64,000 nt of DNA from Candidatus Omnitrophota bacterium (GCA_023819035.1 JAMWCL010000001.1:2226-66225); one strand, 5' to 3'; counted from the first letter of the stretch, positions 40,127 through 53,167 are shown. Notes: generated by a model not told the origin, from the sequence alone. Numbers and translations are program-made.

Positions 40127-40999
40127 TTAAAGACTATTCTTATGTAAAAGTTGATCCCGGCGTGTCCAGCCGGTCCTGATCTCTTCCTCCACTATCTGAC
40201 GCACACAATCAGCATCTACTACTACCTTATTCTTCAGTACCAGATTTTTTAAGCACTTATGACAGAGCATGGTTATCTGACGGGGATAGCCTCGGCTATA
40301 TTGATAGATCTGCCGTATTGCTTCCTCTAAAAAAAGATGCATACTGGCTTTATAACCCGCCTGTCTTATGCGAAATTCAATCATCTCCTTTGCTTCTGCA
40401 AAATCTAAAGGGTTAAGGGTATATTTAAAGCTTATGCGGTCAAAAAAATTGGGGATATTCATAATCTTAGCATGCAGTTCCAATTGACCTAACAATACCA
40501 ATTGCAGAAGCTTAAACTCATTGGTTTCATAATTTAAAAGAACACGGAGAACCTCTAAAGATGCATCACTTAATTTCTGTGCTTCGTCAATAATTAAGGT
40601 GATAATCTTATTTTCACTTACGCCTTTTTGAAAAAGAAACCTCTCCACCGCTTCCCTAAGATCTAAGATAGTAGCTGGTTTATCTGAGGAAGGTAAGGCA
40701 ATCTCAAAATTTCTTACTAAAGAAGTAAGAAACATATATTCATCATCAAAAGAAGGGTCTAAAATAATGTGAAAGATAAAATCTCCCCTTGCCTTTAATT
40801 CCTGAATAAGTTTGCGGGAAAGGGTGGTCTTTCCGGTTCCGATATCTCCTAAGATAACCGAAAGCCCCCTTTTAAGTCTAAGTTCAATGAGGATATTAGT
40901 TAAGGCGGTCTGGTGTTCCTTAGAGAGATAAAAGAAGTCAGGGTCAGGGCTAGTGGAGAAAGGCTCTTTTTCAAAACCTAATATTCGATAATAGCTCAT
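40127..40999 (-). CDS. ExeA/GspA-like AAA ATPase (paralog A).
   Basis: Walker A GDIGTGKTTLSRKL, Walker B LIIDEAQ; tandem with paralog B. Confidence 0.65.
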   Translation of the reverse strand: MSYYRILGFEKEPFSTSPDPDFFYLSKEHQTALTNILIELRLKRGLSVILGDIGTGKTTLSRKLIQELKARGDFIFHIILDPSFDDEYMFLTSLVRNFEIALPSSDKPATILDLREAVERFLFQKGVSENKIITLIIDEAQKLSDASLEVLRVLLNYETNEFKLLQLVLLGQLELHAKIMNIPNFFDRISFKYTLNPLDFAEAKEMIEFRIRQAGYKASMHLFLEEAIRQIYQYSRGYPRQITMLCHKCLKNLVLKNKVVVDADCVRQIVEEEIRTGWTRRDQLLHKNSL

Positions 41000-41029
41000 T
41001 ATCTTCGCTTATAATTAGGCTATTATTAG

Positions 41030-41056
41030 ATTATAGTAAATAATCCTCTTTGTCAA
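41030..41056 (-). promoter_or_regulatory. Near-consensus sigma-70 promoter upstream of the ATPase/HD-GYP/Wza/RiPP gene string.
   Basis: Minus strand TTGACA (41056-41051), 15-nt spacer, TATAAT (41035-41030). It sits in the 91-nt gap before the ATG at 40999. Confidence 0.45.
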
Positions 41057-41090
41057 GGGACAAATACCCCAAAGCCAGCCAATTTCTTTT

Positions 41091-41318
41091 TTAACTCTCA
41101 ATCCTTACCTCCTTTTCTTTCAACTGGATCTCCTTCTGACTTAAAAGCTCTTTTAATTTATCTACCTGTTCTTTTTCTTCCTTTAGTTGATTTTCTTTTT
41201 TAATAAGCTCATCCTGAAGTTGCCCTATCTTCTTCTCTAAGTCCTTTACCTGCAATAAAGTTCTGCTACATCCTACCAGAAACAAACAGAACATAACTAA
41301 TATAATTTTTCTCATCAA
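41091..41318 (-). CDS. Small coiled-coil lipoprotein.
   Basis: Lipobox LVGCS followed by a K/E-rich heptad-like sequence. Confidence 0.45.
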   Translation of the reverse strand: MMRKIILVMFCLFLVGCSRTLLQVKDLEKKIGQLQDELIKKENQLKEEKEQVDKLKELLSQKEIQLKEKEVRIES

Positions 41319-41324
41319 AAACCC

Positions 41325-41606
41325 TTAGATTAATTCCATCTCATAATCGATCAGGTTTATGGCATTAAATCCCCGAATATAATTAATTATCTCGGAAAGG
41401 GTGCGATTCATTGTAGTTTTATTTTTCTCTACCCCTACCACTGCCAAAGTTGTCCTTTGCCATTTATCCTCATCGTCTAACTGGGTGACCGCAATATTAA
41501 AATGGTTACGCAGTTTTGCCTTTAGGCTATGCAGAACCATTCTTTTGTCCTTTAAAGAATTGCTGTGGGGTATAAATAAAAGCAATCTTAATATTCCAAT
41601 GGTCAT
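41325..41606 (-). CDS. DUF503 (YlxP-like) family protein.
   Basis: MTIGILRLLLFIPHSNSLKDKRMVLHSLKAKLRNHFNIAVTQLDDEDKWQR resembles the YlxP consensus. Confidence 0.7.
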   Translation of the reverse strand: MTIGILRLLLFIPHSNSLKDKRMVLHSLKAKLRNHFNIAVTQLDDEDKWQRTTLAVVGVEKNKTTMNRTLSEIINYIRGFNAINLIDYEMELI

Positions 41607-42877
41607 TCTAACCTCAATATCCTCTTTACAAATAATAGCTCCTGTTGTCTTGTTTTTAATCTACCTTTTAACTTTTCTTTAAGGATACGCTCGAAAATCC
41701 TTTGGTAAAGTGGACCGGGGGGTAGACCAAGGTTTTTAAGATCGTTTCCATCGAGGCTTACGCGTATACCGTGATAGGTATCAAAAAACTCTTTTATATG
41801 TCTGTTTACATCCTTATTTTTGGATTTTGCTTTAATTAAAAGGATAGTCTCATAACTTAAGGGCTGAAGTATTCTAAAAAGGCGCCAGGCGCTGATCCTT
41901 CTAAGGCTTAAGGTCTTAATTACCTTAGATAGCTGTTTTTTATAACTTATCATCCTTATCCGATCCGCTCTACAAAAGGCAAATCTTATACCTAATCTTT
42001 TTACCTTAGCTAAAGTAAGGCAATCTATAAGCCCAATAAAGTAAACTAACCAGGTATCAATGGGTCTAAGATCAGGGTATTCTTTCTTAAACCAAGCAAT
42101 CTCCTTCTTAATCTTCTTTAAAAATTTATAAGCATCTTCGGATAACGATAGGGCAGGATCAATAAAACCAAATCCCGTCAACTTATTTAGCCTGCTTATA
42201 TTCTTAAGTGGCTCCTTTTCTTTTAAAAGAAGAATAATCTCATCCCTTAATCGATGTGGGCTGACCCGCTTAAGCATACCTAATTTAACTGCTTCTTTTA
42301 GAAGTTTAATTGTCTTGGATTCAATCTTAAAATTATATCTCTGTTCAAAACGAATCGCCCTTAAGATCCGGGTAGGATCATCAATAAAACTTAAGTTATG
42401 TAATACGCGTATCCTTTCCTTTTTAAGATCATCCCTTCCTCCAAAGAAATCTATAAGCCTTCCAAAGTTATCCGGACCGATCTGGATAGCCATAGCATTA
42501 ATCGTAAAATCGCGCCGGAATAAATCATCCCTTAAGGTTCCTAAACTTACCTGGGGAAGACTGGCAGGGCAACGATAGGTTTCTTTTCTGGTAGTAGCAA
42601 TATCCACCTTAAAATCAGAATTAATCACTAAGGTAGCAGTTCCAAATCTCTTATGCCTAATAATCCTTGCATTCAGTCTTTTTGCAAATTCTTCAGCAAA
42701 TCCTATTCCCTCCTTTTCTACTACCATATCTAAATCTAAATTCTTTACCCTTAAAAGTAAATCGCGCACAAATCCTCCTACCAGATAAACATTATAATTT
42801 AAAGTAGAGGAGATATCCTGGGCTAGCTTAATTAAGCGGAAGATCCCCTGAGGTAATTCCTTAAGATATTCTTTCAT
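41603..42877 (-). CDS. tRNA nucleotidyltransferase (CCA-adding) / poly(A) polymerase family protein.
   Basis: VYLVGGFVRDLLLRVKNLDLDMVVE head-domain motif; no HD domain. Confidence 0.75.
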   Translation of the reverse strand: MKEYLKELPQGIFRLIKLAQDISSTLNYNVYLVGGFVRDLLLRVKNLDLDMVVEKEGIGFAEEFAKRLNARIIRHKRFGTATLVINSDFKVDIATTRKETYRCPASLPQVSLGTLRDDLFRRDFTINAMAIQIGPDNFGRLIDFFGGRDDLKKERIRVLHNLSFIDDPTRILRAIRFEQRYNFKIESKTIKLLKEAVKLGMLKRVSPHRLRDEIILLLKEKEPLKNISRLNKLTGFGFIDPALSLSEDAYKFLKKIKKEIAWFKKEYPDLRPIDTWLVYFIGLIDCLTLAKVKRLGIRFAFCRADRIRMISYKKQLSKVIKTLSLRRISAWRLFRILQPLSYETILLIKAKSKNKDVNRHIKEFFDTYHGIRVSLDGNDLKNLGLPPGPLYQRIFERILKEKLKGRLKTRQQELLFVKRILRLE

Positions 42878-43774
42878 CTAAGCGCGAGGGTGAAACTGTT
42901 TATGGATCAACTTAAGCCTATCCTTATTCATATGGGTATAAATCTGAGTAGTCGAGATATCCGCATGACCGAGCATCTCTTGAACTGAGCGTAGATCCGC
43001 TCCCCTTTCTAATAAGTGCGTGGCAAAGGAATGCCTTAATATATGTGGCCTTATGGGTTTTTTAATCCTAGCTTTCCGGGCATACTTTTTAATGAGCTTC
43101 CAAAGAGACTGACGGGATAGCTTTTTACCGAAACGATTAAGAAACAAAAAATCTACCCCATTGATTTTAGCGGAATTTAACAACCTTGGTCGGCTAATCT
43201 TTAGATATCTATCTATGCTGGCGATGGCTTTAGCACCTAAAGGAATAATCCTTTCTTTGTTTGCCTTACCCATGCAACGTAAAAAACCCACCTCTAAATT
43301 AACATTATCTAATCTCAGATTAACTAACTCAGAGACGCGCATGCCTGTAGCATATAGCGTCTCTAAGATCGCCTTATCCCTTATCCCCTGGATATCTTTT
43401 ATATTGGGCTGATTAAGTAGGGATTCTATCTCGGAGTAGGAAAGGACTTCCGGAATCCTCTTCCATAACTTAGGAGAGTCGACTAAGCTGGTAGGATCAT
43501 TATTTAATATCCCTTCCCTTACCAGGAATCTATAAAAGACCTTTATGGCTACTAAACGGCGAGCAATAGAATTGCTGGATAAACCCTTATCCTTCTGGGC
43601 AAGCATAAAGTCGATTATCTGTTGTTTGGTGGTCTTGGATAAAGAATCAATTCCTTTAGACTCTAAAAAATCTATATAAAAGTTAAGGTCTTTTTCATAA
43701 GAAGAGATGGTATTCTGAGTAAGTCCACGTTCTACTAAAAGGTAATCTAAAAACATCTGAACAAACTTACGCAT
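42878..43774 (-). CDS. xerD: Tyrosine recombinase XerD/XerC.
   Basis: Catalytic blocks ATGMRVSEL, HILRHSFATHLLERGADLRSVQEMLGHADISTTQIYTH. Confidence 0.8.
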   Translation of the reverse strand: MRKFVQMFLDYLLVERGLTQNTISSYEKDLNFYIDFLESKGIDSLSKTTKQQIIDFMLAQKDKGLSSNSIARRLVAIKVFYRFLVREGILNNDPTSLVDSPKLWKRIPEVLSYSEIESLLNQPNIKDIQGIRDKAILETLYATGMRVSELVNLRLDNVNLEVGFLRCMGKANKERIIPLGAKAIASIDRYLKISRPRLLNSAKINGVDFLFLNRFGKKLSRQSLWKLIKKYARKARIKKPIRPHILRHSFATHLLERGADLRSVQEMLGHADISTTQIYTHMNKDRLKLIHKQFHPRA

Positions 43775-43775
43775 C

Positions 43776-44395
43776 CTAACTTAAAAAGGAATTAAATTTC
43801 TTTTCCCTTCCGAGTGTAGAACTTGGACCATGGCCAGGGTAAATAACTGTATCATCGGCAAAAACAAGCAATCTCTTTCTAATCGAGTTTAATAAACAAG
43901 CTTCATCTGCGCCAGGAAGGTCTGTCCTTCCAATGCCTTGACAAAATAAGGTATCTCCCGTAAACAAAATCTTATCTGCGGGGCTTTCCATCTTTAAGGC
44001 TATACTTCCTGGGGTATGACCCGGCACATGGATTACCCTTAAACTTATATTATCCAGTTTAATAATCTCATTATCTTCTAATACCTTTATTTTTTTAGAA
44101 TTTAATTGATGAGGAAGGGCAAAGAAACTAGATAAATTAAGCTGAGGTTCTTTTAATAACTCTAAGTCTTTACGGTGGATATAAATATCAACCCCAAAGC
44201 ATTCATCGCCTCCAATATGGTCAAAATGCCCATGGGTATTAATGATAAAAGAAGGTTTAAGACGATAACTTTCTAAGATCTTCTTTATTCTCTTTTCCTC
44301 AAATCCGGGATCAATAATTATAGCAGGGGAATCTTTTTTTTCTGCTAAAATATAACAGTTGGTCTGCACAGGACCTACGCATACTGTCTCTAAGA

Positions 44396-44399
<4 letters not shown>
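43776..44399 (-). CDS. MBL-fold metallo-hydrolase.
   Basis: INTHGHFDHIGG metal-binding motif. Confidence 0.75.
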
Positions 44400-46899
<2,500 letters not shown>

Positions 46900-47628
46900 C
46901 TAACCTCCTACTAAGATCCTCTCTGCCAAAGACTTAGGTAGACCGGCGGTAAGAATCTTGGTATAAGCGGTCTGGATATCGTAATCTACCCTTTTAATAA
47001 AGATTTCTTTTTTATCTGTGTCATATATACAGTAAGCAGAAGAAGGATTGCCATCGCGGGGTTGACCAACGCTACCCACATTAATAATATACTTAGATTT
47101 ATCTTCAAGCTTAAGATGATTTACTTCTTGATAATATATCCTCTTTGCTTGATCTTGAATAAATATACCTGCTATATGCGAATGCCCTACAAAGCAAAGA
47201 TGCGTATCCATTAATTGAAATGTAACATTGGCAGTATAACCATCAAGCATATAATCAAATTCCGCAGGATTCTCTAAGGTTCCGTGGACTAAGATTAAAT
47301 CTTTATTTTTATAGACAGGCTTTAAGGATTCTAAAAAATACCTGCTTTGTTCGCTAAGATTATCCTTTGTCCAGAGAATTGCCTGTTTTGCTTGAGGATT
47401 AAAATAATCAACCGGAAACAAATCCACACTTGCCCAATCATGGTTTCCTGCCACAGTAATCATCGCAGTTTTTTTTACTAACTCTACACATTCATTAGGG
47501 TCTGCCCCATATCCTACCACATCGCCTATGCAAAGGTAAATATCTATGTTTTCCTTCTTATAAGCACAGAGCACCGCTTTAAGTGCCTCCAGATTAGCAT
47601 GGACATCAGAAAATATTCCATAGCGCAT
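46900..47628 (-). CDS. Metallophosphoesterase (calcineurin-like).
   Basis: GDVVGYG, GNHD, GHSH motifs. Confidence 0.75.
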   Translation of the reverse strand: MRYGIFSDVHANLEALKAVLCAYKKENIDIYLCIGDVVGYGADPNECVELVKKTAMITVAGNHDWASVDLFPVDYFNPQAKQAILWTKDNLSEQSRYFLESLKPVYKNKDLILVHGTLENPAEFDYMLDGYTANVTFQLMDTHLCFVGHSHIAGIFIQDQAKRIYYQEVNHLKLEDKSKYIINVGSVGQPRDGNPSSAYCIYDTDKKEIFIKRVDYDIQTAYTKILTAGLPKSLAERILVGG

Positions 47629-47630
47629 AA

Positions 47631-47906
47631 TTATATAAATCTAATTTCAAATCCCTTAAAACCTCCGGTGGCGGTAAGCCAATCAATCTGGGTATCCTGG
47701 ATATATCTTGAAAAATATCTGTTTATGCGTTCTAAAAACTCCTTTAAAACCTCCTCCTCTGCCTCCGCTACCAATTCTACCCTTCCATCGCGCAGGTTTT
47801 TCACCCAACCGCTTACATTTAATTCATAAGCAATCTCTCTTGCGGTAAAACGAAAACCTACACCTTGAACTAATCCTGAATAAAATACATGAATCTGTTT
47901 TCTCAT
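47631..47906 (-). CDS. acyP: Acylphosphatase.
   Basis: [32 protein letters not shown]. Confidence 0.8.
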   Translation of the reverse strand: MRKQIHVFYSGLVQGVGFRFTAREIAYELNVSGWVKNLRDGRVELVAEAEEEVLKEFLERINRYFSRYIQDTQIDWLTATGGFKGFEIRFI

Positions 47907-47965
47907 ACCAAGTCTTTATAATTTTACCACATTTTAAAGCGAAAGAAAACTAATTAAAGCCTGCC

Positions 47966-48637
47966 TTAGCGAAAAAATTTCAACACCAATCTTAAACCAA
48001 AGTAGAACAAAGCCAGTCCACTTAACCTCCTTATCCAAGAAATTATCACAGCTGACTTTTTTATCTTCTCTATTATAAAGCCGAAAATAACCCCTATGGG
48101 AATAATCAGACTTATAAGTGTTCCCAAACCAAAAAATAATCCCCCTAGAAACCCTTCTAAAGGATTTTTACTTAAAGCAGAAATATAGCTTAAAACCCCC
48201 AAAAGGGGTCCGCAAGGAGAAAACCCAATCAAAAGACCGAATAAGACCATATTGAATTTGGATTGCTTAAGTAAATTTTTATAAAAGAGTTTGCAAAAAA
48301 AACTTGGTTTTTGGGGATTAAAAAGATAAACTAGCCCTATAATAATAAGAAGGACACCCAGGATCAAATGAAGATAGATGCCTTTTATACCTAAGAAATT
48401 CAAAACAAATTGATAAAAAACAACCGAAAGTAATCCTAATGAAGCATAGGCAAAAAGTCGGCAGAATAAAAAGATAAGTATAAAGGTTAAACCCTCTTTC
48501 CAGTTGCTTCTTTTCTCTATAAATCCAAGATAACCTCCCAAATAAGGAATAATTATAGGAAAACAGAAGAAAAGGCAGGCTCCGTTACCCATCGCCACAC
48601 CAACAATAAATATCTCTATAAGCTTAATTATCCCCAT
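47966..48637 (-). CDS. CcdA/DsbD-like thiol-disulfide transporter family membrane protein.
   Basis: Six transmembrane helices with Cys pairs (ACLFFC; SPCGP) as in DsbD_2 proteins. Assignment is tentative. Confidence 0.45.
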   Translation of the reverse strand: MGIIKLIEIFIVGVAMGNGACLFFCFPIIIPYLGGYLGFIEKRSNWKEGLTFILIFLFCRLFAYASLGLLSVVFYQFVLNFLGIKGIYLHLILGVLLIIIGLVYLFNPQKPSFFCKLFYKNLLKQSKFNMVLFGLLIGFSPCGPLLGVLSYISALSKNPLEGFLGGLFFGLGTLISLIIPIGVIFGFIIEKIKKSAVIISWIRRLSGLALFYFGLRLVLKFFR

Positions 48638-48695
48638 TTTAAAATAGGCAGGATTTATTTTTAAAAAGAATGGGAAATCGGATAAGAGAAGGTCT

Positions 48696-50600
48696 TTAAG
48701 GTTTGTGTAATTTTAACTTTTTTTCAAAAACCAAAGGACTAATATAATCGCCGAATTCTTTTTTTGCTTTTAAGAGACGCTCTCGCTGTTGCTGGATGAC
48801 CTCAAAGAGCGGTTTAGGTGCATCAGGGATATTTTTACGAAAGAACCCTTCTACCCGTTGTAATTTTGCTAAATTCTCATTGACCCTTAAGGTAAATTGC
48901 TCTAAATAGCTGTCTTCGGTGTAATCCTTATTTAACACCCTTTTAAATAATCTCTTTAAATCTTTATACTTGGGAATCAAGCCTGTAGGGGTAGGGGTCG
49001 CCTCTACATCGTTATGGATACGCAGTTCTATCCATTTTATCCAGATATGCTTATCCTGCCGAGAATTTAAAAATTTATTTGTCTTTAGATTAGTTAAAAA
49101 ATAGTTAACGCCAAAAACTCGGGGAGTCTTTTTAAGCGACTTGACAAATTCTAAATAATTCTTTAAATATTTACCTAAACTAATAGAAATAAAATCCTGT
49201 ATACTCATAATATTTATCTCATATCTTCCTTCCTGACCAACAATGGCAAAGGTCGTCTCGGTCTCAAGGCAGGCTCCATAAGCAATAATCCCATGTTCCC
49301 AGCTTAATCCCTCCTGAACCGGAACATATGCCCGGTAATCCCTTCCCCCAAACATTATCCCTCCCAACTCCACCCCTCGCGGATCATCCAATGCAGGATC
49401 ACAGTTATCTAAGGCTTTTAAAGAAACTGTATAGCGAGCATTTTTATGTGCAGGGAGAATTAATTCGCCCTTCTCGTCCCTTTTTTGTTCGTACCAGTTA
49501 CCGGAAAAGTTTATCCCCTCTTTAGGAAGTTCTTTTCCCATACCCAGCCAATAAGGACGTTTATCCTTTACCAAGACATTGGAAAAGATTACCTCTGCTG
49601 GGCTGGTCAATACCTTATAGATTAAGGGATCGTCCTTAGGATTGATATCATGAATTATTCCAAAGATTCCCTTTTCTACATTTACTGCCCGACAGATACC
49701 TTGGATATTTCTTACATAGGCAATATCATCTGCTAAGATAGTCTCGGATGGAAGCATCGCGGTAGAGGTCTTACCACAAGCAGAAGGAAACGCCCCTGCC
49801 AGATAGGTCTTTCTTTTCTTTGGACCTTTAACCCCAATAATCATAAAATGTTCTGCCAACCAACCTTCGCGATGTGCTTTTCGTATCGCCAGACGCAATG
49901 CCAGTTTTTTAAATCCGATGGAATTACCCGCATACTGAGTATTTACACTGTAAACCGTATTCTTTATATAATCTATGTATATTCTTTTCTTATCATAATC
50001 AATACTTGTCATATTCTTATCCAGCCTTCCTGCGGAATGTAAAGTAATAAAGATCTCCGTATCAGGCCTTGCCTTTAAAAATTCTTTATAGCCCTGCCGA
50101 TAAAGCAAATCTACCGAATGTGCTACATACCAGGAATCCGTACACTCCATACAAAGGATACTAAAAATAGAATTAGCCGGGCCTAAGGTTAAGAAACGCA
50201 CAATCAAGGTCTTATCCTTCATGGAATCCTTAAGCAAGGACTTAACCTCTGCTAAACCTTTCTGGCGCTCAATCTGAGCGATGGTAGGACTGAGATGGTC
50301 GTTTTTTGGCACTAAAAACTTGGTTACATCTCTATCCCTTCCTTGGTCATAATAACCATCAAAATGATAGGTATGCCCTTTTATCCTAAGCGGTTTCTCT
50401 TCACCTGACTTAATCGCCATTCTGCGAATGTAATCTATCTCTTCCTCTGTATCGCTACAGATAAAAACATCCTTAGGATTACAGAGTAAGACTGCCTCAG
50501 CAATAAAGCTTAAAACCTTAGGATAAGTTATGGCAATGAGCTTCTTAAAATTTATTTCATCAAATTTTGCCTTGATAGATTCTAAGGTTTTCTCTAACAT
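48696..50600 (-). CDS. pckG: Phosphoenolpyruvate carboxykinase (GTP).
   Basis: GAFPSACGKTSTAML kinase-1a P-loop characteristic of GTP-PEPCK; 634 aa. Confidence 0.9.
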   Translation of the reverse strand: MLEKTLESIKAKFDEINFKKLIAITYPKVLSFIAEAVLLCNPKDVFICSDTEEEIDYIRRMAIKSGEEKPLRIKGHTYHFDGYYDQGRDRDVTKFLVPKNDHLSPTIAQIERQKGLAEVKSLLKDSMKDKTLIVRFLTLGPANSIFSILCMECTDSWYVAHSVDLLYRQGYKEFLKARPDTEIFITLHSAGRLDKNMTSIDYDKKRIYIDYIKNTVYSVNTQYAGNSIGFKKLALRLAIRKAHREGWLAEHFMIIGVKGPKKRKTYLAGAFPSACGKTSTAMLPSETILADDIAYVRNIQGICRAVNVEKGIFGIIHDINPKDDPLIYKVLTSPAEVIFSNVLVKDKRPYWLGMGKELPKEGINFSGNWYEQKRDEKGELILPAHKNARYTVSLKALDNCDPALDDPRGVELGGIMFGGRDYRAYVPVQEGLSWEHGIIAYGACLETETTFAIVGQEGRYEINIMSIQDFISISLGKYLKNYLEFVKSLKKTPRVFGVNYFLTNLKTNKFLNSRQDKHIWIKWIELRIHNDVEATPTPTGLIPKYKDLKRLFKRVLNKDYTEDSYLEQFTLRVNENLAKLQRVEGFFRKNIPDAPKPLFEVIQQQRERLLKAKKEFGDYISPLVFEKKLKLHKP

Positions 50601-50683
50601 ATTTATATTAGAATTTATCCAACTTTTTAAAATTGATTTTTATTTTAATGAAGAATTTAATCTTGTCAATCTTTTTTACTGTT

Positions 50684-50762
50684 TGGTCGGGGCGGACGGA
50701 CTTGAACCGTCGACCTCAGCGTCCCGAACGCTGCGCTCTAAACCAAGCTGAGCCACGCCCCG
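50684..50762 (-). tRNA. tRNA-Pro (anticodon CGG), CCA encoded.
   Basis: Reverse complement folds as a cloverleaf: acceptor stem CGGGGCG/CGCCCCG with C1-G72 and A73 (Pro identity), D-stem GCTC/GAGC, anticodon stem CAGCG/CGCTG, loop UUCGGGA, T-arm GACGG-TTCAAGT-CCGTC, 3' ACCA. Confidence 0.85.
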
Positions 50763-51485
50763 TCAACCTTTCAATAACTGTTTAAATCTTAAGGCATTCT
50801 TTACCGCAAAGGCTTCGTTATCGTTATTAAAGAAGGCAAAGATATCCTTTAGCTTAGAACCCAGGGCAAAACCCGCCCATTCTTTTAATTCTTTTTCAGA
50901 ATAATCCGAACTGTAAAGCGCCTCACCACCATGAAATCTTAAATATAAGAAATCCGCGGTAATTACCTTTTCACAAGGCCAGCGGTCAGAATGGGCAATA
51001 CATAAAGAAACATTATATTGCCTTAATAAAGCGTAGATGTCCTCAGTAAACCAGCTTTTATTTCTAAATTCGATTGCCTGCTTTATACCTTTTATATAAT
51101 GATTAAGTAAATTTAAAAATTCTATAAGCCTGGATGTATCCTTTTTAAATCCCGCAGGTAGTTGCCAAAGAATACAAGAAAGCTTCTCCTTTAAAACAGA
51201 GCAATTATCAAAAAAGATCTTTAAAGGTTTTTTACAATCCTTTAATTTTTTTACATGGGTGATAAATCTTGAGCCCTTTACCACAAAATAGAATCCCTTG
51301 GGTGTGTTCTCATACCAGTTCTTAAAAGTCTGTCTTTTTACAAGGCGATAAAAAGTTACATTTAATTCTACCGCATTAAAGAACTTAACATAATAGTCTA
51401 ACCATTTATTCTGACTTAAGCCCTCAGGGTAAAACCTTACTTTCCAATGTGGATAATTCCATCCACTCGTGCCGATATAAAACAT
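50763..51485 (-). CDS. DUF72 family protein.
   Basis: MFYIGTSGWNYPHWKVRFYPEGL N-terminal signature. Confidence 0.75.
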   Translation of the reverse strand: MFYIGTSGWNYPHWKVRFYPEGLSQNKWLDYYVKFFNAVELNVTFYRLVKRQTFKNWYENTPKGFYFVVKGSRFITHVKKLKDCKKPLKIFFDNCSVLKEKLSCILWQLPAGFKKDTSRLIEFLNLLNHYIKGIKQAIEFRNKSWFTEDIYALLRQYNVSLCIAHSDRWPCEKVITADFLYLRFHGGEALYSSDYSEKELKEWAGFALGSKLKDIFAFFNNDNEAFAVKNALRFKQLLKG

Positions 51486-51508
51486 TTATTTAGTATATCA
51501 GAATCTAT

Positions 51509-52090
51509 CTAAATTGACAATCCTATCGATTTGTCAAACTCAATATTTACCTTATCGGATGGGCCTTTAAAACCGAGGGTAGTGTTCTTAAAGGTATGCG
51601 GGATGATATAGACTGAAAAAAGATTACCCAATTTTTTTTGTACAGTTAAGGATATCCCATCTACCGCAAGCGAACCCCGTAAGATTATATTTTTTATATA
51701 GGTTAAAGGAATGGCGATCTCAAAACAAAGGTTATTCTGAAGAAATCTTCTTTTTCGAATAATCCCTATACAATCAATATGACCGTAAACCAAGTGTCCA
51801 CAAATCCTTTGGCCTAATTTAAGGGAGCGCTCAAGATTTATCCTCTCCTGAATCCTTAAAGAACCTAAATTCGTAAGCTTAAGGGTCGAAGGCATTAGCT
51901 CAAAGCTTAAAGAAGAACTGTCCTTATCTACCACCGTAAGGCAGACACCGTTAACCGCGATACTATCGCCTATCCGGGTATCCTCTAAGACTTTTTCTGC
52001 CTGAACCTTAAGTAAGGTAAAGCGGGATTGCTTTGCAATACTTATTACCTTTCCTAATTCCTCTACTATGCCACTAAACATACCCCTCAA
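51509..52090 (-). CDS. ribE: Riboflavin synthase.
   Basis: MFSGIVEELGKV...GDSIAVNGVCLTV, two lumazine-binding repeats. Confidence 0.85.
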   Translation of the reverse strand: MRGMFSGIVEELGKVISIAKQSRFTLLKVQAEKVLEDTRIGDSIAVNGVCLTVVDKDSSSLSFELMPSTLKLTNLGSLRIQERINLERSLKLGQRICGHLVYGHIDCIGIIRKRRFLQNNLCFEIAIPLTYIKNIILRGSLAVDGISLTVQKKLGNLFSVYIIPHTFKNTTLGFKGPSDKVNIEFDKSIGLSI

Positions 52091-53165
52091 AAAGCAGATC
52101 CTCTCCCAATCGTCTAATCCTTATATCCTTTAATCTGATAGCCTTCTCAATCCTTAAAACCCCTTTTCCCATCACCGAACTAATCGCCTCTTTACCTCCG
52201 ATAATCTTTGGGCTAATAAAAAACATCACCTTATCTACTAAATTTTCATCAAACAATGAACCAATAAGCGTACCCCCACCTTCTACTAAGATATTGCTGA
52301 TCTGAAGCTTGGCTAATCTTTTCATGGTATCCCTTAAATCTATCTGTCCGGATTTCTCTTTAACCTCTAAAATTCTTGCTTTTTGCGAAAGAATCTGGCG
52401 ATTCTGGGTTTCCTGACCCGGACCTATTGGTAAGGTTACCAGAATTACCTGACCGCCACCTAAGAATATATCTGCCTGCTGAGGAATGCTTAATTGACTA
52501 TCAATTACAATCTTGATAGGTTGTCTTTTACTGAACCAGGCATCCAGCCGGGGATTATCTCTTAATATAGTGTTTACCCCTACCATTACTGCATCGTAAT
52601 ACTGACGAAGACGATGGGCATAAATGCGCGATTTATCTGAGGTTATCCACTTAGAATCTCCGCTACAAGTAGCAATCTTTCCATCCAGCGACTGCGCTAC
52701 TTTAACCGTGATAAAAGGCATTCCTTTGGTAATATATTTTATGAAAGGAGCATTAATCTTTCTTAATCTATCCTCTAAGAAACCCACCTTAACCTTTATC
52801 TTATTCTGGGTTAATATCTTAATACCCTTACCATTATTTAAAGGGTTAGGGTCAGTCATTCCCACCACCACCCTTTTTATCCTGCTTTTAATTATCCTGT
52901 CTACACAGGGGTCGGTTCTTCCAAAATGACAGCAAGGCTCTAAAGTCACATATAGGGTTGCGCCCTTAGCTTTTTTGCCCGCCTCATCTAAAGCAATAAT
53001 CTCAGCATGGGCTAGACCTGCTTTTTGATGATAACCTTTACCTACAATCCGTCCATCCTTAACTATTAATGCCCCTACCATCGGATTAGGCCAAGTCTGC
53101 CCTTTTGCTTTAAGGGCTAATCTTAAGGCTAAATTCATATAATAAAGATCATCCTTCTTTACCAT
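52074..53165 (-). CDS. ribD: Bifunctional riboflavin biosynthesis deaminase/reductase.
   Basis: HAEIIAL...TLEPCCHFGRTDPC deaminase zinc motif plus C-terminal reductase domain. Confidence 0.9.
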   Translation of the reverse strand: MVKKDDLYYMNLALRLALKAKGQTWPNPMVGALIVKDGRIVGKGYHQKAGLAHAEIIALDEAGKKAKGATLYVTLEPCCHFGRTDPCVDRIIKSRIKRVVVGMTDPNPLNNGKGIKILTQNKIKVKVGFLEDRLRKINAPFIKYITKGMPFITVKVAQSLDGKIATCSGDSKWITSDKSRIYAHRLRQYYDAVMVGVNTILRDNPRLDAWFSKRQPIKIVIDSQLSIPQQADIFLGGGQVILVTLPIGPGQETQNRQILSQKARILEVKEKSGQIDLRDTMKRLAKLQISNILVEGGGTLIGSLFDENLVDKVMFFISPKIIGGKEAISSVMGKGVLRIEKAIRLKDIRIRRLGEDLLFEGYV

Positions 53166-53167
53166 CG

